Shown in pieces: positions 32,148-43,565 of a stretch of 64,000 bases of DNA. The stretch comes from an uncultured Nitrososphaeraceae archaeon (GTDB lineage: Archaea > Thermoproteota > Nitrososphaeria > Nitrososphaerales > Nitrososphaeraceae), in assembly GCA_963825865.1 (NCBI GenBank), contig CAWGVG010000062.1:32001-96000 (forward strand), written 5' to 3'. The first letter of the stretch is position 1. Each line of letters begins with the position of its first letter. Below the pieces are notes generated by a model. That model had not been told where the DNA came from. It ran no database searches and saw only the letters and a list, made by a program, of their open reading frames with translations. The position numbers and the translations under genes were made by a program.

Positions 32148-32339
32148 TCAAGCTGGCTGTCTTCCGCCTGTAAAGCTAACGAATTCCGCAATTAACTTGA
32201 TCATAAAAGCTATCCCCCCGACAACGCCCAAGCCAAGGAGTACTAGCCGTAAATGTGTCATATAGTCATCTTTGCTCGTCTTCTTTGCTAGTTTCAATGT
32301 CTGAAACATTTCCAAAACTTTATGTTCAATGAAAGCCAA
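32148..32339 (-). CDS. secE: Protein translocase subunit SecE/Sec61-gamma
   Basis: LKLAKKTSKDDY followed by a single TM helix, LGLGVVGGIAFMIKL. Confidence 0.85.
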   Translation of the reverse strand: MAFIEHKVLEMFQTLKLAKKTSKDDYMTHLRLVLLGLGVVGGIAFMIKLIAEFVSFTGGRQPA

Positions 32340-32772
32340 AAAGCCTCATTTCTTATCCTTCTTACGTAGTATTTGAACTTTACCGTCTGTTACTCATTTC
32401 AATCGAGGTCTTTTACTAGTCTATATCTTATAATAGTTATTATACTAGGAAGAGTGCAGTATCATATCTTTTTGATTGTTATTAATAAATCTTCAGAAGA
32501 TGTTTTCTAACTATTTTTGTTCTCATAGGTAGACAATGACCATCGATCTTATTATCACACTATTATATTTCTACCTCTCCAATGCCATATACTCTTTCTT
32601 CACAAATAACATGTTTGTGATATAAAATGGTCTTAACTGTTCGGGTCAGGAATGTTCCCAACTTCCCTTTAAGGTGACAGAACCAAATTTAAAAAAAGCT
32701 GCCATTTTTTCAGATGAAAATACTGCATAATTCATTTCTGAATATGATATTTTATGTTTTACCGTCTACCTT

Positions 32773-33243
32773 TTATCTTGAAAGAGATGGATGAATTACA
32801 TATATTGGATCTTTTTCTGTCCTCTGCATTTCAACGAATGTCTCAGTGTTTTGGATTCCTTCAATTTTGCCAATGCGCTCAATGACGACATTGTGCAGTT
32901 CCTCGAGCGTACGCGCGCTCACGCTAACGATCATATCAAACCTACCTGTGACCTCAGATAATGATCTAATTTCTGTGACCTTTAACAATTCAGAATGAAT
33001 AGGTTCTTTTAATTTTGGATCTCTGTTAATGCCGACTGTCGCCTTTACATTGATACCAAGTATGCCTTCATTGACTATGACTGTAAATTTTTTTATGAGG
33101 CTACGTTTTTCAAGACGTTTTATTCTACTATAAAGAACAGATGCATTAACATTGAGTTTTTTGCTAAGATGCGGTACAGAAATACTTGCATCTTTGGTCA
33201 GTTCAGATAATATCCTCATATCTAACTCGTCAAATCTTTGCAA
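32773..33243 (-). CDS. Lrp/AsnC-family regulator
   Basis: DELDMRILSELTKDA HTH and EVTGRFDM RAM domain. Confidence 0.93.
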   Translation of the reverse strand: MQRFDELDMRILSELTKDASISVPHLSKKLNVNASVLYSRIKRLEKRSLIKKFTVIVNEGILGINVKATVGINRDPKLKEPIHSELLKVTEIRSLSEVTGRFDMIVSVSARTLEELHNVVIERIGKIEGIQNTETFVEMQRTEKDPIYVIHPSLSR

Positions 33244-33427
33244 ATTTTATCCTCTTTAGTGTTCGCAGACTACATTAATAAATGTAATTTTTGAAAATTT
33301 TATAAATCTGGTAAACTACTAATCGCTATTGTTCAACGTTGGCATTACAATTAATCTATCACAATAGCTATTATATTTAGAGGCGCAAGAGCAAATATTA
33401 TATAATTTACGGCAGGATTGTGAATAG

Positions 33428-33937
33428 ATGTTTGGCTTAAGCAGGGGACGATTAAAGCCTGGTGAATATGTCTTTGTAGTTCAAAAAGAGCACAATTATA
33501 ATACACTAGTTATCGGAGCTGTTCAATCGATAACAGGGAGCAAAATTCAGGTAAGAGGCACTTATGTTCGCCCTATAGGCTTAATCGAGAGTATAGAATC
33601 AGGACGTATTGCAGGTAGGCCTAAAGAAGTTCTTAGCAATCCAGACCCAAACAATTGCATTTTTATGTTGATTGATAGGGTTGAAACTGGAAGCTTTAAC
33701 CAAGAGATTGACCAGAGTGCTAACAAAATAACATGGATAAACGAAAAGCGTTTTTTTGTTCTTGATGGTTGGATAAGGGAGAGTCTTCCAGATATGTTTG
33801 CAGATGTATTAAGAGCATATACAGAGCACGAGCGAATGCAAGCAAGAGCTGTTCTTCTAGAAAAGATGAACTCACTCTATGATAAAGATCTTAAGGATCA
33901 CCTTTATGCAGTTGCGAGGAGCACAAAAGTTCTGTAA
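33428..33937 (+). CDS. Hypothetical protein
   Basis: Intact 169-aa ORF in core context upstream of rpl12. Confidence 0.75.
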   Translation: MFGLSRGRLKPGEYVFVVQKEHNYNTLVIGAVQSITGSKIQVRGTYVRPIGLIESIESGRIAGRPKEVLSNPDPNNCIFMLIDRVETGSFNQEIDQSANKITWINEKRFFVLDGWIRESLPDMFADVLRAYTEHERMQARAVLLEKMNSLYDKDLKDHLYAVARSTKVL

Positions 33938-33985
33938 ATACTTGAAAGTTTTATATTATGGTCATAGATAGACCTTCTTTTGATC

Positions 33986-34298
33986 ATGGAATATGTCTAT
34001 GCCGCTTTATTGTTACACAAATTAAAGCAAAGCGTAACAGAAGATAATGTCAAGAATGTTATAACGGCAACAGGTACCGCTCCTGATGACGTTAAGGTGA
34101 AAGCATTAGTTGGAGCTTTGAGCGAAATAAATATAGATGAGGCTTTAAAGGCAGCTCCACTAACAACGGTTGCATCTGGCAGCTCCTACCGCTGATACGG
34201 CGACAGCTGGCTCCGGAACTCCACCAAAGGAGGAAGAGAAGAAGGAAGAGAAGAAGGAGGAAGAGGCATTAGAAGGGCTTTCGGCTTTATTCGGCTAA
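33986..34298 (+). CDS. rpl12: 50S ribosomal stalk protein P1/L12 (frameshift near 34180)
   Basis: MEYVYAALLLH N-terminus and EEKKEEKKEEEALEGLSALFG* C-terminus. Confidence 0.95.
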
Positions 34299-34340
34299 TT
34301 TATCAATATCTAAACTTCTATTGTTGTAGGAAGAGGGGGT

Positions 34341-35237
34341 TTACTGAAAGTCATAACCCTTCTTCTTTGTTTCATCTTTCAGTATTTTTGCTTTGGTGTA
34401 TGCCCTCCTGAGAACAAACTCTGCAGTATCTGACGACATATATCCTGATTCTGCAGCCAATGCGACTGCATCATGTTGTGCTCTTACTAATAATGGTTTG
34501 ACCGTTTCCGTTGTAATATAGCCCGCTTCTATTGATAATGCAATGGCTTCCTGGAATGACCTTTCAAATTCTTTACGATATTCCTTCAAGTCTATCTTTA
34601 GATCGCTTTCTTCGAAAAGAAGACCTTCAGCGATTGCAGAATTAACAGCAATTCCTGCTTCAATTGGTTTAATATTGAGCTTGCTCATTAATGATGCAAG
34701 TTTTGGAGAAATGACATTGCCTGGCCTTGTCGTCACAGTGTCCTTAGTTACCCATATACTTCCCTGATCTATTTTCGTAGGAACATTTGCCTCCTTGAAT
34801 TCTGAAAGGACTGGGCCAGGACTAATGCCCGTATTTCCTGCAGGAATTATGATTTCCTTTGTAGCAATATCTCCGCCCTTTGCTGGTAGAAATATCTTAT
34901 TTTGGTTCAGAATCAAGTTGAGTTTAAATGCATTGATGTTAGTAAACATCAATGCGCACTGGCCTTCCAATTCCTTGCTCAGATTCGCTAGACCTTGTAC
35001 ACTCGTTATTTTTTCAAATGCTCTTTGCGCAACCTTGTTTTTTATTACTAGAATCTTTATGTTATCTCGAAATTTTTTACGGATCGTCATCAGTTGTGTA
35101 GCACGAACCCCTGTCATCTTTGAAAGTGCAATAACATCATAGTTCTTCGGAAGCTCCTGTAGCTCATGGTACATCAACCTCTTCTTCTTTGGATAACTTT
35201 TACGCTCTTTTTTGGCTGTTGTTACTTGAGCGATCAT
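34341..35237 (-). CDS. rpl10: 50S ribosomal protein L10/P0
   Basis: IPAGNTGISPGPVLSEF and VIKNKVAQRAF. Confidence 0.95.
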   Translation of the reverse strand: MIAQVTTAKKERKSYPKKKRLMYHELQELPKNYDVIALSKMTGVRATQLMTIRKKFRDNIKILVIKNKVAQRAFEKITSVQGLANLSKELEGQCALMFTNINAFKLNLILNQNKIFLPAKGGDIATKEIIIPAGNTGISPGPVLSEFKEANVPTKIDQGSIWVTKDTVTTRPGNVISPKLASLMSKLNIKPIEAGIAVNSAIAEGLLFEESDLKIDLKEYRKEFERSFQEAIALSIEAGYITTETVKPLLVRAQHDAVALAAESGYMSSDTAEFVLRRAYTKAKILKDETKKKGYDFQ

Positions 35238-35239
35238 TA

Positions 35240-35916
35240 TTATCGGTCAGCCTTCTTTTCTTTTTCTTCTTTCAGTGTCGTCAGTTTCGCTGCCTTACCC
35301 ATAGTAAACTTTACCATTGCATTACGAAGGTTCTTTTCGCCTTGTGGCAGTTTTTTTTCAATTGTAGCGATAACAGTGCTAGCATTTGATGTCAGTTGAC
35401 TATCGTCCATTTCTTCATCACCAATTTTGGCAGATACATTAAGCTGATTTTTTGCTCTTACGCGAACCGAACTTTTCAAACGAGTCGTAATTGCTTCTAT
35501 TGGTGCGCCGTATGGCATTGGTGTAGGCATTTTTCCTTTAGGGCCTAGAAATTGTCCCAATGAGCGCCCAACTGTCGCCATAAATGCTGTATCAGAGAGA
35601 AAAAAGTCATATGCTTTTACCGTTTTTCGTGCTTCCTTCTTGTTAGTCCCCAACCTGTCCAATTCTTCCGGTTCTATTACTCTATCAACTTCTGCCTTAC
35701 GCGATCTTGTAACCATATCACCGGATGCGATCACACATATATTTGCCTCGCGGCTGGTCTGTTCGGTAATGTCACTACCTCATTAAGATTAAATCCCTTT
35801 TTGACGTCTATATCCTTCAGAACAAGTGTTAATTCGACTGATTGTTTGAAGCCACGCTTTGTTCCGCCCTCTCTAGCCCGTTTCATTAGCTCTTTAAGTT
35901 GGCTATCGTTTAACAT
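35240..35916 (-). CDS. rpl1: 50S ribosomal protein L1 (frameshift near 35745)
   Basis: RGFKQSVEL, LGQFLGPKGKMPTP and VKFTMGK. Confidence 0.95.
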
Positions 35917-36057
35917 ACTTCGGTACAGATTGTCTTTGAATAGAAAGCTACTTAAAATCGTTTAGCAATAGCAGTGTACAAATATTTATCTTAGTGCCCG
36001 TTGCTGATTTTATAAATTAGGTTAATGACAACAGTAAATACAATGCACACTATGACG

Positions 36058-36076
36058 ATATATATATATATATATA
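36058..36076. repeat. (AT)n dinucleotide run
   Basis: About 9 AT units between tRNA-Arg and rpl1. Confidence 0.8.
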
Positions 36077-36128
36077 GAATGGCAATTGATGAGACGATAA
36101 TGTTCTCTTTCGACCACCCATTGAAAGG

Positions 36129-36217
36129 TGGCGGGCCCGGTGGGCTTCGATCCCACGACTTCCGGCTCTCCTCGAATTTAGAAGGCAGGCGCTCTATCCA
36201 TGCTGAGCTACGGGCCC
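36129..36217 (-). tRNA. tRNA-Arg(TCT) with an 11-nt canonical 37/38 intron (36168-36178) and encoded CCA
   Basis: Acceptor stem GGGCCCG/CGGGCCC, anticodon loop CT-TCT-A|AATTCGAGGAG|A and T arm GTGGG-ATCGAAG-CCCAC. Confidence 0.92.
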
Positions 36218-36530
36218 GCATAGATAGGCCTACTCTATACTTACTAATTTTTGTATTACAAAGTATCCTAACATGGGTAACGTGAAGAAAAATAGCCTTT
36301 ATAAAATGTTTAGATTTAAATATATATCATTTTACACTCTGAGTCACGTGTCATAGTTGCAAAAGATGCTGCTACAGCAGTTATTAAAAAGTGAAAAACA
36401 TTGTGTTACTATAAGAAGTCTTTATCCGTTCAGTTTTTATAATAAAAAAACTATAATAATTAGACGCTCTTAATTAAGAAACCGCAATCATACCAAAAGG
36501 TTATACTGGTGTAAAAACATGTGATAACAA

Positions 36531-37765
36531 ATGGCAATACACATTGGTATTAATGATGATAATAAAGCTGAGTTACAAAGCAATAACAGAGGATACTCTT
36601 CTAACCACCTGAAACAACTAACAGAGGTATTAGATATATATGATAAAAGGAACAATACTAACAAAAAATAATCGAAATACTTCAGAGAAGGAAACAACAG
36701 AGGAAAAAAGGGTTCTTTTATCAACAATTCAAAAAGATCTTCGAGAGATTTACCTCAGACTAGATAGAACTAAATCCATACTTCATACTGCAGGCAGCAT
36801 AGATGTGGGAAATACGCCACATAAAGTAATAGAGGAAACGAAGGCGTACAAACTTTTACACTACCGTCCATGGGTTAGCAAGCCAGTAAAAACACCGCTT
36901 TTAGTCATTTACGCATTGATCAACAAATCATACGTATTGGATTTGCAACAAGATAAAAGCTGGGTTCGTAATTTGTTAAGACAAGGTTTCAATGTTTATC
37001 TAGTGGATTGGAAAACACCGACACGTGCTGACAAGTATGTGTCATTTGACGATTATGTAAATTGTTATATCGATGACTGCGTAGAACTTGTCAGAAGAAA
37101 GAATTCTATCGATAAGATAACTTTACATGGCTATTGTATGGGCGCCACAATGTCCGTGATTTATACCACCCTATACCAAGAAAAAGTTAGGAATCTGGCT
37201 GCCATAGCACCGGTGATTGATACTGAAAAAGACACTACCGTACTTAGTAATTTTTCAAAACATATAGACATCGATAAAATTTTTGATTCCTTTGGATATT
37301 TACCTCCTGAGCAACTTTATGCATGCTATTCAACATTGAAGCCATTTAGGCAGGGAATAAATAAGTACTTCAACTTGGTAGAGAATATTGATAACGAGCA
37401 ATTTGTTCAGAACTTTCTTCGAATAGAGAAGTGGCTTTATGACACACCTCCTATCGCAGGCGAAACTATTAGGCAATGGATAAAAGATATTTATCAAAAG
37501 AACCTTCTTGTAAACAATGAGATGAAGATAGGTAACGAAGTTATCGATCTAACAAAAATTAAAATTCCTCTTCTTACAATAGTTGCTGAAGAGGATCATC
37601 TCGTATCGCCAGAGTGCAGCGCTGCCATTAAATAACGCAGTTTCAAGCATGGATAAGAGATTAATGCGCTTCCAGACGGGTCATGTAGGCCTCATCGCTA
37701 GCACTTATTCTCAGAATAATGTTCTTCCAAAAGTTGGACAATGGCTCAAATCTAGATCACAATAA
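36531..37765 (+). CDS. phaC: Class III poly(3-hydroxyalkanoate) synthase PhaC (frameshifts near 36670 and 37628)
   Basis: VGNTPH, PLLVIYALINKSYVLDLQ, lipase box GYCMG, DHLV Asp and GHVGL His. Confidence 0.93.
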
Positions 37766-37915
37766 GAGTTGTTTTAATAATAAAAACGATTTTACTTACT
37801 AATTGTCCCTGATGTATTGCAACTATGAATTTGTGCACCACATATGCATATTTGGTTTTTTATCTGCGATTTCTATTTCTTTATAGAGGAGATATTATCG
37901 ACGCGTTTTTTAAAT

Positions 37916-38230
37916 TTACTTGGTTTCATTAGATGACTTTCGTCCTCTATCTATCGGTATCAATATGACTTGTACTAGGTCGCCCTCTTCAATATTCAAA
38001 GCCTGTCTTTCAGCTTCTGGAATAGATATCCGGCCCCCTGTTTGGACAGTTGTTTTAAACATAGCGTTGTAATGTGTCATGCCTTGGAGCATAGAAAAGA
38101 AGTTCTGCATAGCATCGTGTTGAACCGACGAAAAATATTTTATAAAGTCTCGTTGAACTTCACTTCCTTTTTCAACTGCTTTTTTAAAAGCATCCGCAGT
38201 ATCATTTGGTGCGCCAGTATTGTCGCTCAT
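37916..38230 (-). CDS. phaR: AbrB-domain PHA regulator, haloarchaeal PhaR-like
   Basis: FKTTVQTGGRISIPEAERQALNIEEGDLVQVILIPI C-terminus with an amphipathic M/F/Q-rich N-terminus; adjacent to phaC. Confidence 0.75.
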   Translation of the reverse strand: MSDNTGAPNDTADAFKKAVEKGSEVQRDFIKYFSSVQHDAMQNFFSMLQGMTHYNAMFKTTVQTGGRISIPEAERQALNIEEGDLVQVILIPIDRGRKSSNETK

Positions 38231-38503
38231 TAAAAGGGTGTTGTATTACCATTTATTTAACATTATATAACATTTTTATTGAATAACGAATGTCATACCT
38301 TCCTATCTCGAATCAGAAATGATGGATCATATAGAATAGAAAGAAGATGCTGGTAGGTTATGTCCTTCATACTTTGCAACCTAAGTCTATTAATGGACAA
38401 GAATTATTTTCGATGAGGAAACAGATAATCAGTCCCAAAACCGTATCTATAACAGATCGGCATGATAATATTTGTTTTGTACCCAAATAGAAATCTATAA
38501 TAT

Positions 38504-38800
38504 ATGCCTAAACTTTTATTTGTATTAGATATTCGTATGCTTATGTCTTACAGCGACCCTGTAAATGAACAGTTAAAGCGATTTGAAAATTTAAAACAAA
38601 GGCTAGAAGGTCCAGAGTTACAACTAGAAATAACAACGAATTTAGACAAATTCAGAGAGCAAAATCGGCTAATTCATTCAGATATTATAAAGGAAGCTAT
38701 TGACAAAATGGAATTGTTAATCATAGATGAAGATTTGATAAATGCGCTAGGCTACAAGATGTATATCGAACGTTTAATATCATTATTGCAACTTATCTGA
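38504..38800 (+). CDS. Hypothetical protein
   Basis: 98-aa helical ORF. Confidence 0.55.
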   Translation: MPKLLFVLDIRMLMSYSDPVNEQLKRFENLKQRLEGPELQLEITTNLDKFREQNRLIHSDIIKEAIDKMELLIIDEDLINALGYKMYIERLISLLQLI

Positions 38801-38975
38801 ATATTTTATGTTTAAAGACAGCTTTCACATTTTACAAGCATTTTCAATTAATTTTATTATATGTGACAAATTCTGCTGCTTTAACAAGACGCAGTATTCG
38901 ATTGTTGTAAAAGAGCTTTAAGAGTTACCTATTCTTAACAACGTACTTACGTACTCATTATCCTACTGTAGTGGA

Positions 38976-39281
38976 TTAATCGAATGTCCAATAATGATAT
39001 TTCCTTTCATTACAATGCAGCATGCACATTTTTGCTGCCAAACAGATCCTGGCTTCTTCGTGTTTACAGATTGAACATATACAGGCCTGCGCCGTAATAC
39101 TATCGATCTTCTTCTTTTCCTTGGACTTTACATCAACATATAGCCATAATGCAACAAGTGGTAAACCGATCGAGAAAAATACGATGATTGTTCGAATAGG
39201 AATGCGTAAAACAAATAATGAGATGCCAAAGCATACTGTACCGATCCCAAGGGCTAAAAGCCAACGTGTTGTAATATTCAT
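38976..39281 (-). CDS. Two-TM membrane protein with a Cys-rich C-terminus (probably frameshifted at the 3' end)
   Basis: Two hydrophobic helices followed by CICSICKHEEARIC. Confidence 0.65.
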   Translation of the reverse strand: MNITTRWLLALGIGTVCFGISLFVLRIPIRTIIVFFSIGLPLVALWLYVDVKSKEKKKIDSITAQACICSICKHEEARICLAAKMCMLHCNERKYHYWTFD

Positions 39282-39549
39282 ATTGTGACTTATAATATAT
39301 ATGTCACTCTTCTTTAATAACTTCTATACTCGTACTCGCATTTTTTTGCAGCTGTTTTACTTTCTCAAGTATTTTTCTCTCCAAGTAAAAAGCCTATATA
39401 GCCGCGGATGATATAGTCTTAAGATGCCATTCTAGATTGTTACTGATACTTCTTACCACATTTTATATGATATACCTTTTTTTTGTTTCTATATTTTTTG
39501 TTTACAATCACAATAACATCATACAACCTCGTTTAATCCTCATTATAAG

Positions 39550-40398
39550 TCACTTTATTGATGCGAGAGATTCCAGTAGAATCCTTGCTGCTAAATACGC
39601 TGTTATATTGTTAACATCAAAATCAGGAGAAAGTTCCACTATATCGATTCCGACAATTCCACTGCCCACAGCTTGTTTTAAAAGATATATAAGATCGACG
39701 CTCGATAAACCGCCAGGAGTAGGTACCGAGACTCCCGGAGCAAATGCTGGATCAAGGCAATCCAGATCAATAGAAACATACTTTTTGTCGGACATTCTAG
39801 ACATAAGCCTTTCAGCAATCTTTAAAACCCCTGCTTCTGCAATATCCATAGGTGTAATAATTTCTAATCCAACCTTCGCTGCATTTTCCATTTCTTCAGG
39901 CTCAGCGGCTCTAATTCCTATTAACATGCTTTTTTTAAAATCTAGTGATTGTGTAGAGTCTGTTAGTATAGATCCGTAATAATTTCTCGTTGATGAAACA
40001 AAGTCTGGATGAGCATCAAAGTAAAGTAGACCAATTTCACCCAATGCATTTCCAATTGCTTGTAAAGCTACAGTTGTAATAGAATGGTCACCACCGATAA
40101 TAATTGGTATTTTATTATCTGACACTAAATCAAAAATTAATTGATACAGGTCTTCTCTCTTGACATTACCCACATCTAATACTCGTTTATTATCAAGACT
40201 ACCCCGCATAGGAGAGATAGGAATAATTTTACCAGCTCTTTTGAAAAACTCTGACTCATTTGAGGCGAGACGAAGAATATCTGGACCTTTACTTGTGCCT
40301 TTGCGTTTCGCGTGGGATTTTGATTCATCTGGCACACCAATTAAGACGATATCAGCATCTGTGATTGTATCAGCAGTAGAACGATAAAAATGAACCAT
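39550..40398 (-). CDS. speB: Agmatinase (ureohydrolase family)
   Basis: GGDHS, DAHPD and SIDLDCLDPAFAPGVSVPTPGGL. Confidence 0.88.
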   Translation of the reverse strand: MVHFYRSTADTITDADIVLIGVPDESKSHAKRKGTSKGPDILRLASNESEFFKRAGKIIPISPMRGSLDNKRVLDVGNVKREDLYQLIFDLVSDNKIPIIIGGDHSITTVALQAIGNALGEIGLLYFDAHPDFVSSTRNYYGSILTDSTQSLDFKKSMLIGIRAAEPEEMENAAKVGLEIITPMDIAEAGVLKIAERLMSRMSDKKYVSIDLDCLDPAFAPGVSVPTPGGLSSVDLIYLLKQAVGSGIVGIDIVELSPDFDVNNITAYLAARILLESLASIK

Positions 40399-40562
40399 GG
40401 ATTATTATTAATCGATCTACAATTCCAACTTATAATATATAAGATGCTGCTTACGAAAAAATAATATCATGGCACAATGGTGTGGCGTTTGAATTCTTTA
40501 ACTTCGGAAAAATATCTTAAAATAAAAGGCTTTTATCTGGTTAATATATCGTATTCACTAAT

Positions 40563-40988
40563 ATGGGTAGAATGAAAAATGCATCAAACAGATCCAGTGA
40601 AGAAGAAACCCTGCCAAGCTGGGCCGAAGATGAAATTAGATCTGTCCAATTTGGAGAACCTGAAATCATTGTAAGAACAGGATATATCCTCGATATTTAT
40701 GAGAAGGGTTATAAAATAGATATTCAGCTTTATGAAGCTCTACCTGATGGTAGAACTATTATTGAGGATTTGGATGTTCCTAAATCGATGAAGATTTCCA
40801 GCTTTATGAAAGGTTTTGTTTATGAATTTAAAATAAAAATGTTCAGGGGGCCTTTGAGTGTAAAACTTGTTGAATTATTGAAAATAAAATTTGCGCTTGA
40901 AATGGATGCAGTTTATAGATTTGAACTGCAAGAATTGCAGATGATGGACGTAGAGTCCGACCAGCCGTCAACCACGTATTCAGACTAA
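40563..40988 (+). CDS. Hypothetical protein (possible OB-like fold)
   Basis: Intact 141-aa ORF in core context. Confidence 0.7.
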   Translation: MGRMKNASNRSSEEETLPSWAEDEIRSVQFGEPEIIVRTGYILDIYEKGYKIDIQLYEALPDGRTIIEDLDVPKSMKISSFMKGFVYEFKIKMFRGPLSVKLVELLKIKFALEMDAVYRFELQELQMMDVESDQPSTTYSD

Positions 40989-41218
40989 AATGCTGCATCT
41001 GACTGGAATATCTTCCTCATCTGACTATTTCGGTCCTGTTAGAAACCTTACAAGAGTATTTCCTAATATTTTAGATTCATCAGGTAGCAAATTTCACTAA
41101 ATTGGATCAAGTGTGCAATTGAAAGCACGCGTTGTTGGTTACAAAAAAGTCTATTGTCGCCTGTCTTTCAGATCCCGATGATCTGCTTGTTATCGCAATT
41201 ACTTGTCGATCTTGTTTT

Positions 41219-42351
41219 CTATGTTTTATTATCTTCATGTTCATCAATAATCTTCTTTTTATTACTAGTGGTTTCAGAAGCATTATTATTTCTATCAGCA
41301 ATTAATGAGTCGGACCAGAGTTTTGTATTTCTGACGGCAGAACTTTTACCTATTGTTAGCTTCATCAATGCAATCCACATCATAATAAGTGGTATATGGT
41401 ACGACGCAATTCTCCATGCTATGATGACGTTTAATTGAGAATTGTTTACCACATCTTTAAAAGATGGAATACCGTTTAGGTTAGAGATATATGCCCAAAT
41501 TCCTAATTCTGCCAATCCGGACCCACCTATCGTAATTGGCAGTGTTGATAATGCAGTAGATGCGGAAGTTGCCAATAATGACTCGAATAAACCAATACGA
41601 GATCCTACTGAATTTGCAAGTACCATAAATGATACTCCCTGAAGTAAGAATGCCACGAAAGTTATTGCAACTCCTACTACAAAAATTTTGGCAGCTCTTA
41701 CAGAGTTAAAATTTTCTCTACTCATTTTACATACATCTCCTATTGCCGTATTGGCCGAATTGATCATTCGATCTGCCTTTTCTTTAGCTAAGAATAACCT
41801 TAATATTTTCATTGTAAAAAATGGTAAACGGAGATTACGTTTTGCAGAAAAAATGACCAGCAATAGCCAAAACATTAGAGTAGGAATAGCAACTAGCACT
41901 ATTGAAATTCCAATAAAATAGCCACCATTATAAATTGCTACTGCTCCAGCTATAAATGCAAGCATGGTACCTACAAAAACATCAGCAATGATTTCCATCG
42001 TTGTAACCCATGCTGCCTTTTCCGGCTGGTACTCCGTTCTTTGTTAAGAATGCGATTCTTACTATTTCTCCTCCAACAAATGACGGAGTTGTTTGTGTTA
42101 CGAATTCGCCTGCTAATCTGGCTGCAATTATCTTGCCAGTAGAACTTATATCATGGCCAATAAACTCTGTAATAAAGTATTTGAATCGAAGTGCTTGTAA
42201 CATAATTTTACCCATGACAGAAGCTGACAGAGGCTATGAATGGGAGTAGGCCTACCGCAAGTAGATCGCTAGGCGAGACACGAGTTAAGAAGAACATGAT
42301 TAGCAATGGCACAACACTTGCGGGTATTGCGAGCAGTCTCCACTTCAACAT
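41219..42351 (-). CDS. Flippase-like / LPG-synthase TM domain protein (UPF0104), frameshifted
   Basis: QALRF, TTPSFVGGEIVR, LPITIGGSGLAE and IIAWRIASY. Confidence 0.85.
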
Positions 42352-42753
42352 TATTCATTGACCTGGGTCATATAATAATTAATAGAAAGTAATTGACTAC
42401 TGCAGTAGACTTTCAAGTAAGGAGACATTAGGAACGAATGTTGCACCCTCCTAAATTCTCTGCATGAATATCCAAAGAAGATGTCTCAACCTGAACAGAA
42501 AAATCTATTAGGATTAATTCGTGTCATTTAATCCCACTAGATATACTAACACTGATACAATTGCTTTTATCTGATCGCAAGATTCTTTAAGACTTTATGA
42601 ATTTCTTGAATTTGACATCATAACGATGCCAATTATGACCAAATGCGCAAGGAAAGGATATTTAACAGTATAATCATATCTTATCGTTTATCTTATAATC
42701 TTTCTGCTCTCTCTTGTAAAGCCGTTCAAATTATTATACAGTAGTTCTAGTCC

Positions 42754-43565
42754 ATGTTAGAAAGTAAACATACAAACATAGCGATGACTGATTATTATCA
42801 ACGTTATATGGATGCCTTATTTATTACTGGTACAGCCGGTTCTGGCAAATCACTTCTTACAGCCAGATTACTACAATGGTATAAAGAAAACCCTTCATTT
42901 CCAATCACTCTCAACCTTGACCCGGGGGCCATAAATCTGCCTTATGAGCCGGATGTAGATATTAGAGATTATATAGACATTAGGGCATTAATGGAAAGTT
43001 ACAATCTTGGACCAAACGGCTCGTTAGTTATGGCAAGTGATATGATTGCTACAAGATTAGATGAGATTCAAAAGGAAGTAGATATCTTGAATCCAGATTA
43101 CGTTATAGTTGATACCCCGGGCAGATCGAGCTATTTGCATTCAGACCAAGCGGCCAGTATTTTATATCAAATTTCCATTCCGATAACAGTGCAATGCTAT
43201 TCATATTTGACGGCATTTTAGTATCATCTCCTATCAACTATGTTTCAATAGCCCTGTTGGCATCATCAATAAAACTGAGACTAAAGACTGCTCAGGTTAA
43301 TGTCCTAACAAAACGAGATCTGATTGTTAAAAGATTAAAAGATATCTTGGAGTGGTCATCTTCTAACCTTGCATTGGAATGTGCCCTCAATAACGAAAAA
43401 GATTCTGAATATTCTCTCTTAAGTAAAGATTTGGCAAGAGGTATGAGCAAAGGCGGATTTATGCAGAGTCTCATAGCTGTTTCTAGTGTGACTAGTCAGG
43501 GCCTGAACAACCTATCTGCAGCTTTGGCCAGAATCCTTAATCAAGGAGAGGAAGTTAGAGATTGA
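42754..43565 (+). CDS. GPN-loop GTPase (frameshift near 43120)
   Basis: GTAGSGKS, NLDPG, LGPNG, DTPG and LTKRD. Confidence 0.93.

Noticed and set aside
35991-36285. ORFs 35991-36221 (-) and 36025-36285 (+)
   Set aside because: They overlap tRNA-Arg and an (AT)n run; spurious.
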